Shown: positions 1 to 12,957 of the stretch, in pieces
Position numbering within the stretch: the first letter of the stretch is position 1
Layout of the letters: each line of letters starts with the position of its first letter
Assembly: GCA_951406725.2 (NCBI GenBank)
Contig: OX597825.1
Coordinates: 46,376,001-46,440,000 of the forward strand
Length of the DNA: 64,000 nt
Reading direction: 5' to 3'
Source: Octopus vulgaris
Lineage: Eukaryota
Translations under genes and position numbers: made by a program
The notes under the pieces: generated by a model
Database searches by the model: none
The model's input: the letters and a program-made list of their open reading frames with translations, nothing else
What the model was told of the DNA's origin: nothing

Positions 1-3
1 TGT

Positions 4-6
<3 letters not shown>

Positions 7-39
<33 letters not shown>
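7..39. repeat. (TA)n microsatellite
   Basis: Direct dinucleotide run. Confidence 0.95.
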
Positions 40-43
<4 letters not shown>

Positions 44-74
44 GCATACATATGTACAGAAAGACTGATAGAAG

Positions 75-220
75 GCACAGGCACGTAGTTCCCTTCTAAA
101 ACATATGGTTTTGAGTTCAGTCCCAGTGCATGGCAACTTCGCCAAGTATCAATTATGATAGCCAAGATTGACCAAATCCTTGTGAGTGAATTTGATAGAT
201 GGAACCTGTAATAAATCTAT
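75..220 (+). mobile_element. Degenerate tRNA-derived SINE, 5' half
   Basis: gagttcagtcccagtgcatggcaac...gaccaaatccttgtgagtgaatttgatagatggaa aligns with the SINE at 41503-41660 (B-box-like gttcagtccc). Confidence 0.7.
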
Positions 221-324
221 CTATATAATATGTGTGTATATCTGTTTATGTTTGTGCTCTATAAAAGTTGCAAGCTACAAGGTTTGCTGTTGTCATTTCT
301 CTGGTTGACAAATTGTCTGCTTAC

Positions 325-402
325 TTCAAGCCTTTCAAGACATGTGTAATTAAGAGATTCCTTATTTAAAACACAGTCAAGTGTTAATGACAGGAAAGGC
401 AT
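325..402 (-). other. Candidate 78-nt host exon (MPFLSLTLDCVLNKESLNYTCLERLE)
   Basis: On the minus strand: pyrimidine-rich ...ttctttcacaaccAG acceptor, GAA|GTAAGC donor, open frame, length a multiple of 3. No homology recognised. Confidence 0.25.
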
Positions 403-557
403 CTGGTTGTGAAAGAATACTTCAATCATTTTTTCATTTAAAACATACTTGACTCGAAAAACATGTAAATCAAACAAGACATATTCAAATACATACATGT
501 ATTTGATGATATTTATATGTATATATACATATGATATATGTATATATGATTGAAATA

Positions 558-607
<50 letters not shown>

Positions 608-1329
608 AATTAATGATTCCTATCAATATAAGTATTCCCCCACTACATGTCTACTATTACATGTCTTAAAAAAGAAACAAAAATCTCATTGTTTTGGGCG
701 AATGATTCAACCATTATGAAACCAAAGATTTTTTACTGTTGTTTCTGAAGGCAGCTGTGCACCTCACCAACCCACCCATCACACTTTACATGACACATTC
801 ACTTGCATTCTTTTATTTATTCTGATCTCCCACCCAAAGAATATTCATCCTAATAATTTCAATGACTTTTGTTTTGGGTGAACTTCTACTTAGAAGGAAA
901 TTCCATTTATGCATGTATGCATACATTTACACCGAGAAAAGTCATTTAACATTGTCTTTACATTTGGATGTTTATCATTAAAAAATGTTTTGAAACCTAG
1001 AATTGTTTCTTCTTTTATTAATTTCAGTCAGTGTGCTATGACCATGCTCAGGCACTGTCTTTGGGTGTCTTTCATTGATCCTATCAATATTAGAGATAAG
1101 TTCAAACATAGGGCAGTGTCCCATTTTAACGATGCATGTTCATTGAAAGTAACCTTTGATAGCCTAGTATACTAGAGCAGTAAACATGTAAATGAACACA
1201 CACACATACACACAAACACATCTTGCGGGCTTCTTCATAGAATCATTCTCCCAATTTGACTCACATGACATTGATCAACCTAAGACTACAGTAAAAGACA
1301 ACCCAGAAACCCATGGGTGTGAAGCAAAT

Positions 1330-2488
1330 CTTTCAACCACAAATCTATCCTTTGAATGTAATGCCATCATGACAAATTATTCCATGAAGAAAGTTAAGCT
1401 GGAGCAGCACCAGAAATTAAGGCATCCATCATCTGTTGGTAAAGGTCGGGAATATTTTGAGAATAAAAAGAAAATACAGCTAATCAAACTACCTGACTTT
1501 GTAAAGAAGATAAATATTGAAAAAGTAAAGATACTCAAACCAAGTTATTTGGTTTCTGAAATTATTGCCAAGGTTGCAGCACCTCAGATTTAAGGTGAGA
1601 ATCTTGTCAAGCCTGTTATGATAGCTTGTGCAAATGAGGTTCTGGGAAAAGATGCTGCATCTACTCTGAGTACAATTCCACTTTCAAATAACACAATTAC
1701 AAGAAGACAGGATGAAATGTCTAATTTTGTTGAGGAGAAAGAAGACTGTGGAAATTCTCCGAACGACCAATTTTTCTATCCAGGTTGATGTTAGCACAAT
1801 TCATAACCAAGTTATCCTTCTGGTCTATGTCAGATTCAACCATGAAGATGATATAAGGGAAGAAATGTTATTCATTAAAAGTTTTTTCTGAAACAACTAA
1901 TGGAGAAAATATATTCAATGAAGTAATGCAGTATTTTAATGATAAAAATATTCCATTGACTAATTTGATCAACACTGCATCAGATGGAGCTGCAGCCATG
2001 ACTGGAAAAGTGAAAGGCTTTGTTTCTAGAATGAAATCAGTTGCTCCTCACATTTTAAATATACGTTGCATTATCCACAGACAGCATGTGTGGTTGCTAA
2101 GAATATTGGAGGACACATGGAAAATGCACTCAACACTTCCATACATACAAATAACATTGTCAAATCAAACTCTGTGAATAATAGATTTTTTATGCAATTC
2201 TGTGAAGATGAAGATTTTAAAACCCTATTGCTTCACACAGAAGTAAGATGGGTCAAAAGGCCTGAGCCTTGAAAGACTAGTGAATTTGTGGGAGCCATTA
2301 ATCCACTTTTTCATGTTCAAGAGTCAGATGACTCATTACAACTTCAAGACAAACTGATACAGCTAAGAAAATTTTGGAAAGACTTTCTGAGTTTAAAAAA
2401 AATATTCTACTTGAGTGATATTTTTAAAACAGTGAATCTGCTTAACTGCAAGGTAGAAAATCAGATTTGGTCACCTGTATACTGCTAG
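1330..2488 (+). pseudogene. hAT (Charlie/Buster, SCAND3/ZBED5-like) transposase relic
   Basis: Frameshifted motifs KLEQHQKLRHPS, IPLSNNTITRR, SDGAAAMTG, CIIHRQ (CxxH) and LLLHTEVRW. Confidence 0.85.
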
Positions 2489-2500
2489 TATACATATATA

Positions 2501-3000
2501 CTAGCAGTAAAACCCATTGTTGATCAGGTAATTACTTTGACTGTTTATCGAGAGCCACATTTAAAGTATTATATGTATAATTTACTTCTCCTGTGTGTGT
2601 GTGTATTTTTATAAGAGAAAACCATGTAATAATTGAAGTAGAAGAAAGATTAATATCATACATGAATTTGTGTTTGTTTATGATAGCTAAGGCGGTGATA
2701 GACCGCTAATGCGTGCATGAATGCGATGCGATCTCTGCCCAGTATGCCGAAGTGAAGAATGCATTAAGTAAATAAAAAGCAAGCGATTATTGGAGAGCAA
2801 TAGCTGCCTTAGCCGCGTGCATAAACGCGATGCGTCCATGTGTTACGTACGCTACCGGACACACACTCCCGGGCGATATCGCCACCGAGATGACAGCTTT
2901 TCGATCGATCGCATCGCTGGCCGCCAACTCTTTGCTCGCTCCAAATGCTATTGCTCTCTACTACAAATCCCTTGTCTGCACCCAACTTTATTACTAATAT
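2501..3000 (-). mobile_element. Probable non-autonomous Helitron remnant
   Basis: ACTAGCAG terminus (minus-strand ...CTGCTAG|T) resembles the other Helitron 3' ends in the window; interior is CpG-rich. Confidence 0.35.
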
Positions 3001-3014
3001 AATTATCGTTGTTG

Positions 3015-3215
3015 TTGTCATCATCATCATCATCGATTAACGTCCGTTCTCCATGATGGCATGGGTTGGACAGTTTGACTGAAGTCTTGGAGAGCCAGCT
3101 GCTGCAACAGGCTCCAATCTAGTCTAGCATAATTTCTACATCTAAATGCCCTTCCTAACGCCAACTATTCTGAGAGTGTAGTGGGTGTTCTTTATGTCTC
3201 ATCAGCACAGGAGCC
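3015..3215 (-). mobile_element. RTE-type LINE/SINE 3' end with (GAT)n tail
   Basis: (CAT)n followed by ttaacgtccgttctccatgatggcatgggttgg; the same motif occurs inverted at 49170-49245. Confidence 0.6.
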
Positions 3216-3299
3216 AGCTAGCGGGTCACCGGCCCCCAGCTACGGTATTGGTTTTACTTGACTCAAGCATACTGCAAGCTTACGTATGTCCTCGGCATT

Positions 3300-5250
3300 C
3301 ATGGCCCATGTTTCACTACTGTATAGCATGGCAGTTCACACACATGCATTATACAGTCCACCTTTCCCCCTGAGTGAGAGGCCATTAGCTGCCAGCAGAA
3401 GTAGGAGCTCCCTGAATTTGCTCAGGCTATTATTACTCTAGTTGCTACAGTCGCAGAGCAATCACTCCCACTACATACTTGGTCGCCTAGGTAGTAGAAA
3501 GTATTTATTACTTCTAGTTTCTTCCTCAGGCATGTAATGGAAGCTGTTTTCTGAACACCTTCAGTGCTTATTGCCCCACTGCATCTGCCACACACAAGAA
3601 ATAATTTTCCCAGTTAACCTTCCTTTGATATTGCTGCACCTTTTATGTGTCCATAGCTTACACCGGGTGCATCGTATGGAGTTTCTACCAATGCCTTTTC
3701 TACAGAGGAGTTTGTGATTTGACAGCCTGCACACTAACTAAAACTTTGGTTTTGGCTAGGTTAGCCCTAAGGCCATTCAATTCTAGACTTTGCTTCCAAG
3801 CCATAACCTTTGGCTCCAGTCCCGGCAGTGACTCTGCTATTAGTGCAAGGTCATCAGCATAGAGGAGCAGCCTCTCTTGAATTCCTCTGTTATTGCCTGG
3901 AGAACTATAATGAATAAGAGGGGGCTGAGGACTGATTTTAGGTTGACCCTTACCCCTACCCGATATTCTTCACTGTACTCGTTGCCAACCGTCACCTTAC
4001 TGTACATGGCTTGTACAGCTCTCAATAAACATTCATCCATCCCTAGTCTCCTCATTGACCACCAGATAGGGGATCGGGGGACCCTGTCAATGAAAGCCAG
4101 GTACAGAGTTTTATCTTGGACTAGCTATTTCTCCTGCATCTCTCTTATCAGAAATATAGCATCAGTGGTGCTTTCCCCTGGCACGAACCGAAACTGCATC
4201 TCATCTAGACTGCCTCTCTCCCTAATTACTTGGGCTATGACCCTCTCCGTGACCTTCATTACCTGATCCAACAACTTGATACCTCTGTAATTATTTGTAT
4301 CTAATGCGTCACCTTTACCTTTGTTAGCAGTTGACTATGGTGCTGCTACACCAGTCATTGGGTATGACTCCTTCATGTATCACCTAGTTGACTATGCTAT
4401 AGCCGACACCGCTAGATAGTTTGAGCATCTGTGGTGATTCCTGATTGCCCAGGGGCTTTCCCTGTCTTCATACCCTTAATTGCTTTACCTACCAAGGCAC
4501 TGTCAATTTAGTTAGATAGCTGGTCCCTCTGTTGGGCCGGCATTCGGCAGACTCTCTTTTACACATTCATTCACTTTATTTAGCAAACTTTCATAATGGC
4601 GTCTCCAAACCTGTCTCTTTGCAGCTTCATTTAAAGCAAGTGAACCATCACCCATGAGGACACATTTCTCTCCTAGGACATCGCGATTCTCTCTCACACA
4701 CTGTCTGGCAACAGGAAAATACTTCAAGTCATTGGTCATCACAGCGCAGAACATTGGCAAATTTTTCCTTATCTGCTTCCCCTCTGGCCAAATAAACCTA
4801 TCTCCTAGCTTCCCTTTTGGCAGTCTGATACAATTCCCTGCTATCACCGGTCTTCCATTCCTTCAAAGCCTGTTTCTTTCCCTTACTAGCCCTGTCAACA
4901 ACATTGTTCCACCACCACATTACCTTGGGTTGAGAGGAGACTTTGCACCATCCACAGATCTGGTCACTAGCCCTCAAAAGGTTGTCCTCCAGTTGTCTTC
5001 CACAGCTTTGAGTAATATGTCTCTCAATCTCTTTTTGCAGGATCCTTAAGCTTCCAGACCCTTCTCCTCCATTCTGGTCGTCTTCTGGGCATCCATTTAG
5101 CCCTGATCCTGAAGTTGCTAACTACTAATCTATGTTATGGGGTACATTCTTCACCTGGGAAGGTTTGGGCATTTACAAGTAGTTGTCTTTCCTGTTTCCT
5201 AGTGAGGATGTAGTCAATTTGACTAGTGTGTCTACCAGATTGGTAGGTTA
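3300..5250 (-). pseudogene. Degenerate RTE-clade LINE (EN C-terminus plus RT), with a Cys/His finger insert
   Basis: Translates to VWRRHYESLLN, LLRAVQAMY and SVLSPLLFIIVLQAITEEF; many stops and frameshifts. Confidence 0.8.
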
Positions 5251-7056
5251 CTAAATGGCCCTAAATATGCTAATCGATTAGCATTTAGTAATTATGATAC
5301 TTCTACAATTGAAAATAATTTTAATAAATAATGAATTTATGTATTGTGGCATTTGATACTTGTCAATTGTCTACATTGTTCACATAAATGCCAGTACCAG
5401 GCAGAGGTGGTTTCCAGCAGTAAGAGAAGCTTAAGAATAAATAAATGGAAATTTGTCGGCAGAACAAAGTTAGCAACCTCTTACACTCTCAGTGTTGTGA
5501 TGAGAGCCAAGGTACCCTCTTGTGAGGAATGGACTGAACCAAGAGAGTGTATATAGTTTGTGTCATTTCATAGTGAAGTTCGAGAGTGTGGGTTGGTTTG
5601 TTCATTTGGAATATTTGTTTATTCTTAAGAGATAGTTATGTTGTTATTGCTGCTGCATTATCTTATTTTATCACACTGGTACCACATATTTCAGGCCATA
5701 ATTGCAATAGTGGTGGTACTACTATATTGGATACAAACCATGTTACAGCATCTGGTGGCAAAAGGCTCGAAGATCACGTAGCATGTAATTCACCTGCAAA
5801 CTAAGCATTAAATTCTTTCCTACCAGATTGTCATCCTTCTGAAATTCCCTTGTCCATGTTATTTCCTCTGCAGCCATCCACACATTTTATTCAAGATCAA
5901 CTACGTCAATCTTACCAGTTTTGAAGGCACAGCTCTTGTCTCAGAAGGAATGCAAAAGGCAAGGATACAGCCCCCTTTATCCAGCCAAATTGTTCAAATA
6001 AAACATGGGAAAAAAATCCTAACACCCACTACTATTCCTGTGAATTAGTAAGCTGTAAACTATATCAAACTGAGCCCACATCATCATCTTTAACATGTCT
6101 CACAGCTAGAACCCTTTTACTAAATATTTTAGCCAATCATTTATCTCCAGAATGGCAGCTTCTACATGGAATCACATTCTCATCAGACATTAATTTACAC
6201 AAGTTGAAAAAAAGACATCATCTACATTCACATTAACAGTTTAGGAAAGCCTACAGATGTTCTCTTGCTCGCACTTTATATTAATACAAATAAGAATTTT
6301 TAACAAAGGTACATAGCCAAAAATTTTATAGGAGGAAATAATGTCAACTATATTGACCCACCCCTGGTCTTGGGGTTGTGGTGGTGGCATTGGAGGTTGT
6401 AGTAATGGTTGTAGTGGTAGTTGTGAAGATGATTCTGATATTGATAGTATTTGCATTGAGGTGGTGGCAGAGTCAGAGTAAATAATAAGAGCCCAGTTAA
6501 CACAAGATTCTTAAATTTCGGAGATCATAAGATAGAGAGCAAGAAGTTAAAAGTTCCAATACTGTCCCAATTCCTACACCCCAGATTCTTCAAATATTTT
6601 ATAAGAAAGGGGTTAATTTCAGGATAGGGATTCAGCTTAAAAATAAATTGTATAACAAAAAATACATAAATAAATTACTGCTCCAACGATGTAATTTTAG
6701 TATGTGTGTATGTATGTATGTGTGTGTGTGTGTATGTATGTATGTATGGATCAAAACAGTTTGATTCAAATTCTGTGGTACTTATATATTCATACATATA
6801 CATGTAGATGTATATAACATATATATATATTGTATGCAAACATCTTTTATAAATATATATAATTCATGCATCTATAATACACACACATTATAAATATATA
6901 CACATATATGCATATGCATTAGAATATGTGTGTATAGGTGTATATATATATGCATATGTTTGTATACATGTGTGTGTGTGTGTATAAAAATAAATATAAG
7001 CATAACCAAGGCAAACAATGGAAAATAATTTAAACACTCATTTTATATATACTCAG

Positions 7057-7512
7057 GATCTACACAAATTTTATATATACTCCACGAAGTTCAAAAGGTA
7101 AAAATCCGGTATTTTAAATTTTTGTTGCATTTCTAATCTTTCTGATGTCTAAGGATGGATATTTATGCGTATGAATCTTTTTCTTTTTATTTTGTTTCAA
7201 ATATAATTCTAGGGAACTGAAAAACTGTGTACGATTACGATAAAGCAATGTTTAGCAATGTTTACATTTTGACAAATTGCTTTCCACGTCACAGATAACA
7301 CTACGCAGATAATAAGTTCACATAAATACAGACAATACGATTGGCTAAAATTCGCAGTTTTAATCTACGATTAAAGTCATAAAATAGATTTTTCTCAAAT
7401 AAACTAGTTTTAACTTGTGTCTTGTTTTGAGATACTCTATGAGTACACGAAGTTTCAAATTATTTAGTTAACTAGAAAGATCTGGGGTCCTGGCCACGAT
7501 ATTGAAAAGATC
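7057..7512. mobile_element. MITE-like remnant related to the GGATC-ended element family
   Basis: Ends GGATCT...AAAAGATCC and shares gattggctaaaatt and acgaagtttcaaattatttagttaactagaaa with 12600-12797; no TSD seen. Confidence 0.35.
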
Positions 7513-8275
7513 CCAGTTGGCGAATGAGAAACACTAGATCTCAATCCAGAGTTAAGTTAACTTCATAAGCTTAACACCAAACTAGCCTTTAATCCCATAT
7601 CATTTTTGTTTACCTTCACCTTATTTGTATTATTCACATGCTAAGCGTTCTTGAGGTTTTCGATTCCTAGCGAAGCAAGCCGTTTCTTTCAAATTCATGA
7701 TTGTCCATTGCTGCTATTTCGATTCCCTTGTGACGAAGTCAACCACTCTTTGACCACTCCTGGTTTGTAGCCTATAAAACACATGGCTTTCCACTCCCTC
7801 TTTCTTGCTGTACTATCTAACACCATCATAAACTTCGTAAGTTTAACGCGAAGCTAGCCCGTACTCCCATTTCATCATTGTTTACTTTCATCTTAACTGT
7901 ATTATTAACATACTAAACGTTCTTGAGTTTTTCAGTTCCCTTATGACGAACCTAGCCATTTCCTTCAATTTCACGATTGACCATTGTTGCTCTGCAGCCT
8001 ATAAAACACATGACTTTCTTCTCAAACCCTCTTTCTTGCTGTGCTATCTCACACCATCATATCGCAACGCGTAATATCCAGCCGATAAGCCAACAAATTC
8101 ACCAGAATTTTAATCGTTCATTATTGTCTTCTTCATTTATTTAAGTTGTATTCCTAATTTGCCAAACAACCCTGAGTTAAATAAACGGATCTTTTCGCAT
8201 TGACCGGCAGATTGTTAAATTAATTTCTTTGTAACTAAACACTTTTAAACTTTGTATACTGGTAGAATGTGTTTA

Positions 8276-8489
8276 TGTTATGTGTAGTTTGGGTTCTAAT
8301 GGGAAAGATAACCAGTTGAAAACCATGTTATTATTTGCGTGTTTTATTTACTATTCATGATACACGGACGACTACAGCGTAGTAATACATTATATACTTT
8401 ACTTACAGTTTGTACTGTTCACTAACAAATAGTGCCAAGAGTAGGGAGTAGTTTGGCATTTGCAAACACACACATATGAATGTGTAACA
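8276..8489 (-). mobile_element. 3' LTR of a Ty3/gypsy element
   Basis: TGTTA...TAACA termini; minus-strand PPT AAGAAGGGA immediately before it; TATA-like and AATAAA motifs in the minus sense. Confidence 0.7.
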
Positions 8490-8583
8490 TCCCTTCTTGA
8501 AAAAAATAAAGGGGCCTCTTGGCAGTGAAGACAACTATGAGTAGTTTCCCTTGCTCTATGGATTGTCATCATTTTTTTTTTCT

Positions 8584-10830
8584 TTAGCGGTATCGAACCG
8601 GTGGCAGAATGTTCTTTCTCCATCTGGTGGATCTTCTGCTTCGCTCCGGTGTCTGAGTTGTGTTGTTGGGCTGCTGATTTGTGGTTTGCACACGTTGGGG
8701 TGATGATTCTGTGGGTGTTGTCACCAATGCAGCAGGTGTTGTACACGTTTTCCTCGGCAGCTCTGGTGTTGGGCGGATGTGGGCCCTGTTGCGTCTCAGC
8801 TGCCTACCAGATTCTGTTTCTATTATATATGATCTTGGAGTTTCAGCTCTACTGACAACCTTTGCTGGGATCCATGTTTTAGTTATGGGATCTTGAGTAT
8901 GCACATGTTGTCCTCCAAGCATCTCAGGTAGACATTGTGCATGTTTATTGTAATACTTCTGTGATTGTTCTTGAGTGGCTGCTAGCTTTGCCCTTGTTTA
9001 TTCCTGGTCAATAGGAGGTTGGATCTTAATTGGCAGGGTAGTTTTATACTTCCTGCCATTCAGCAATTCTGTTGGGGATTTCATATCAGCTCTCAGTGGT
9101 GTCGCTCGTAGGGACAGAAGTGCCAGGTGTGGGTCTTCCTTAGTTTCTCGGCATTTGACTAGTGTTCTCTTCACTGTCTGCACCTGTCTTTCTATAAACC
9201 CATGGCCTTTGGGATAGTGTGGAGATGAAGTTTTAATATTGAACCCATACTCATCGGCTAGCTTTTTGAATTCTTGTGACGTGAACTGGGTTCCATTGTC
9301 ACATATGATCTGCTCTGGTATTCCTTGCTCTGCTAGGAGTCCTCGGGCCACTGTAGTGATTGCTTTGGCTGTCAGGTCTTTCAATTTTCTCACAAATGGA
9401 AATTTGGAGTAGTAGCAGGCCATTATTAAATACTATTCTTGGCCCTCTGTGAATAGATCTACTCCAATAGTTTGCCATGGCCTTCTTGGGATGTCACTAG
9501 ATATAATTTCCTCCTTTTGTTGTGAGGTTCTGTACTTTTGGCAGATGCGGCATGTAGAAACTGTCTTTTCTATGTCTTTGTACATGCCTACCCAATATAC
9601 TGCTGACTTGGCTCGGAGCTTGCATTTTTCCATTCCTAGATGCCCTTGGTGGATCTTGTCAAGAATCTCTTCTTGCATTGACTTGGGTATAATGATTCGG
9701 GATCCAGCCATCAGGATCCCATTCTCCACTGATATATCATCATGGATGGCCCAATATTCACGAATCAGGGGTTGCACCTGATGTCTCTTTTCTGGCCACC
9801 CCTGAATCACCATCTGAGTAAGGAGCTGGAGTTCTTCATCTTTGCTGGTCTCCTCTTTGATTTCCGCTATCTTTGTGGTTGTCACATTTACAATGTGGTG
9901 GACCTTTATGCTCAGTCCTTCCATCTCCTGTTTATCATGTGAGGATAGTCTGGAAAGAGCATCCGCCAATATCATTTCTTTTCCTGGCTTGTACCCGATA
10001 TCATAGTCATATGTTTGAAGCCTTAGCAGTAATCTTTGCAGTCTGGCTGGTGCTTTCATGAGGTTTTTCTTGTGTATTTGTTCTAGCGGGCGATGGTCTG
10101 TTTCTATATTGAAGTGTCTGCCATAGAGGTATGTATGGAACTTTTCGCATCCATATACTACTGCCAGGAGTTCCCTTTCAATATTCGCGTACCTTGTCTC
10201 TGTGGGTGAGAGAGCTTTCGAGGCAAATGCAATGGGTTTACCTTCCTGTATCAGTGCTGCGCCAACTCCTCTCCTAGAAGCATCGACTTGGAGTGTTACT
10301 GGTTTGCGTCTGTCATAGTATTGCAGAGTTGTCTCCTTACTGATGAGCTTTTTGATTGTGTTGAAATCCTGTGTGTGTGAAGCACACCAATCAGACTCTA
10401 CGTCATCTCTGTTTAGCTCTCGGAGATTTGCAGTGTGATCGGCCAGCTTGGGTATGAAGGCTCCCATGTAGTTGATGAGTCCCAGGAAGCTCCTGAGTTC
10501 CTTCCTGTCTTTAGTATCTTTAATATCTCTGATGGCTTCCACTTTAGCGGGGTCTGGCTTAACTCCCTCTGCAGAGTATATAATTCCAAAGAATTTGCAC
10601 TCCTTTGCTTTTATCACACACTTGTCTGCATTGAGTTTGATGCCTGCTTGTCGGGTTTTCTCCATAGCTTCATGTAAATTGAAGTCATGTGTGGTCTCAT
10701 CCTTGCCATGCACTTGGATGTCATCTGCTATTCCAATTGCTCCCTTGCAGCCTTGGTATGTCTCATCTATTTGGCGCTGGAAAACATCTTGGCTCACCTT
10801 CAATCCAAATGGGAGTCGGTTGAACCGATA
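8584..10830 (-). pseudogene. Ty3/gypsy pol (RT C-terminus, RNase H, integrase), 5'-truncated, two in-frame stops
   Basis: RLPFGL..., IADDI, LQVDAS, ERELLAVV, ETDHRPL, HHCC (HQGHLG...CRIC), DNGTQF and GFIERQV all lie in one frame, broken by stops at 9433 and 8998. Confidence 0.95.
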
Positions 10831-11136
10831 TGGTTAGGGGTGGGAGAAGGGTATCTTTTTTTCTTCACAAATGTAAATAAACCCAATCTGTTTCTTAAAC
10901 GAGGGACATATTCACAATGTACAGAATGCTTTCACCTCAATAGATAGTCATTGATTGGTTGAAATTGCCGAAATGCAAGAAATTAAAGACGAAATATGTT
11001 ACAAACTACAGAATTTTCTCAAGAAAGCCAAGAGAAAATGATGTTTTATAAATACATTCTACTAGTATACGAAGTTTTAAATTTTTTAGTTACCTAGAAA
11101 TTATGTTAAAAACTGCCGTTCAAACCGAAAAGATCC
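10831..11136. mobile_element. Partial copy of the GGATC-ended foldback/MULE-like MITE
   Basis: Closely similar to 12490-12797 and ends AAAAGATCC; a matching left end is at 8187-8275. Confidence 0.75.
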
Positions 11137-11214
11137 TTCTCTTCATTTATTTAACTTGTTTTATTAGCATTCAAAACAAACCTGAGATAAATTAACTTCG
11201 TAAGTTTATCGCCA

Positions 11215-12957
11215 AGCGTTTTGACCCGAGCAAAAAAACCCAAAAAAGAATAGTGTAATAAGTGTAAAACAACTTGCTCTAAACGAATATGAAAAAAAAT
11301 GTGCACTCGCGAAAGGGGGATGGGGAGAGAATTCGAACTGTCTGTATAAAGAGTAATAAAAAAAAAGTTAAAAGAGTGGAAAGTTTTGTAAATAGGGGCA
11401 GGGTAAGGTTGAATATTTAAGTGAATTTGCAGGGTGTAAAATATTTGTAAGCAATTCCAGAACAACAAAAGCTGTTACTTTCACTGCAAAATTTAAATTT
11501 CGTTTGTGTCTAAATATTTTCATTCTTTGAAACCATGGCGAAACTCTGACAAAAACTCGTGCTGCATCTGTTTTGTCAGTGAACAAGTCTCGGTTTCAAA
11601 GCGACAAAAATATCGAGATTGAAATGAAACCAACTGTTTCTCTTTGTTTTTTGTTTTGTGTGTGTGTGTGTGTGTGTGTTCTTTCTTGAATGGCTTACAA
11701 ACCCCTACTCTTCAAATTGTTTTACACCAATTACACTATTTTTTCTTTTCTTGGGGGGGGGGGCTCGGGTCAAACACTATAGTTCAAAGGCCATGGTCTT
11801 TTTTTTTTTTTCCATATACGTTTAAAGCAAGTTGTTTTACATCTATTACACTATTTTTCTTTTGTTTCTTGGCTTTGGTGAGGTGACTACGATGTGAATT
11901 TTCCGAGTCCTCTCCTCCACCCCCTTTCACGAGTACACATTCTTTTTTTCATATACGTTTAGAGCAAGTTGGGATCTTTTCCTTTTGAACAGCACTTTGT
12001 AACATAATTTCTAGGTAACTAAAAAGTTTTAAACTTCGTATACTGGTAGAATGTGTTTATAAAACATCATTTTCTCTTGGCTTTATTGAGAAAATTCTAT
12101 AGTTTGTAAGATATTTCGTCTGAAATTACTTGCATTTCGGCAATTTTAACCAATCACTGGAGTCCATTTAGGTAAATAACATTCTGTGCATAATGAATAT
12201 GTCCCTCGTTTAAGAAACAGATTGGGTTTATTTACATTTGTGAAGAAAACAGATACCCTTCCCCTAACCCTAACTAACCCTAACTCTAACCCTAAATCTA
12301 AAATAGATTGAAATGCAATAGATCGATACTAGGGTTATAATTATGGGTGACAATTTCATACAACACCGCTACGGAAAATGGGATTTTTTCTAGCGGTGTC
12401 AAATGAAAATGTCACCCATAATTATGGCCCTAGTATCGATCTATTGCATTTCAATCTATTTTAGATTTAGGGTTAGAGTTAGGGTGAGTTAGGGTTAGGG
12501 GTTGGGGAAGGGTATCTTTTTTTCTTCACAAATGTAAATAAACCCAATCTGTTTCTTAAACGAGGGACATATTCATTATGCACAGAATGTTATTTACCTA
12601 AATGGACTCCAGTGATTGGTTAAAATTGCCGAAATGCAAGTAATTTCAGACGAAATATCTTACAAACTATAGAATTTTGTCAATAAAGCCAAGAGAAAAT
12701 GATATTTTATAAACACATTCTACCAGTATACGAAGTTTAAAATTTTTTAGTTACCTAGAAATTATGTTAAAAACTGCCGTTCAAACCAAAAAGATCCGAT
12801 GTTTTATAAACACATTCTACCAGTATACGAAGTTTAAAACATTTTAGTTACCTAGAAATTGTTACAAAGTGCTGTTCAAAAGGAAAAGATCCGCAAGTTG
12901 TTTTACACCTATTACACTATTTTTCTTTTCTTTTTTTTTTGCTCAGGTCAAACGCTT
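11215..12957. mobile_element. Foldback-type element with about 125-bp inverted ends, hosting nested inserts
   Basis: 11215-11340 is the approximate reverse complement of 11900-11971 joined to 12901-12957. Confidence 0.5.
11972..12892. mobile_element. Palindromic foldback MITE (MULE-like) with 8-bp TSD and TTAGGG-like repeats
   Basis: Terminal inverted repeat GGATCTTTTCCTTTTGAACAGCACTTTGTAAC; TSD GCAAGTTG at 11964-11971 and 12893-12900; about 400-bp arms centred near 12380. Confidence 0.85.

Noticed and set aside
6241-6456. Pro/Gln-rich ORF (PLQPLLQPPMPPPQ)
   Set aside because: It comes from a degenerate (GGT/AGT)n low-complexity tract, with no splice or homology support.
12262-12507. Head-to-head TTAGGG tracts as a true chromosome-fusion site
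   Set aside because: The tracts are short, degenerate and internal to a TSD-flanked foldback element that has other copies in the window.
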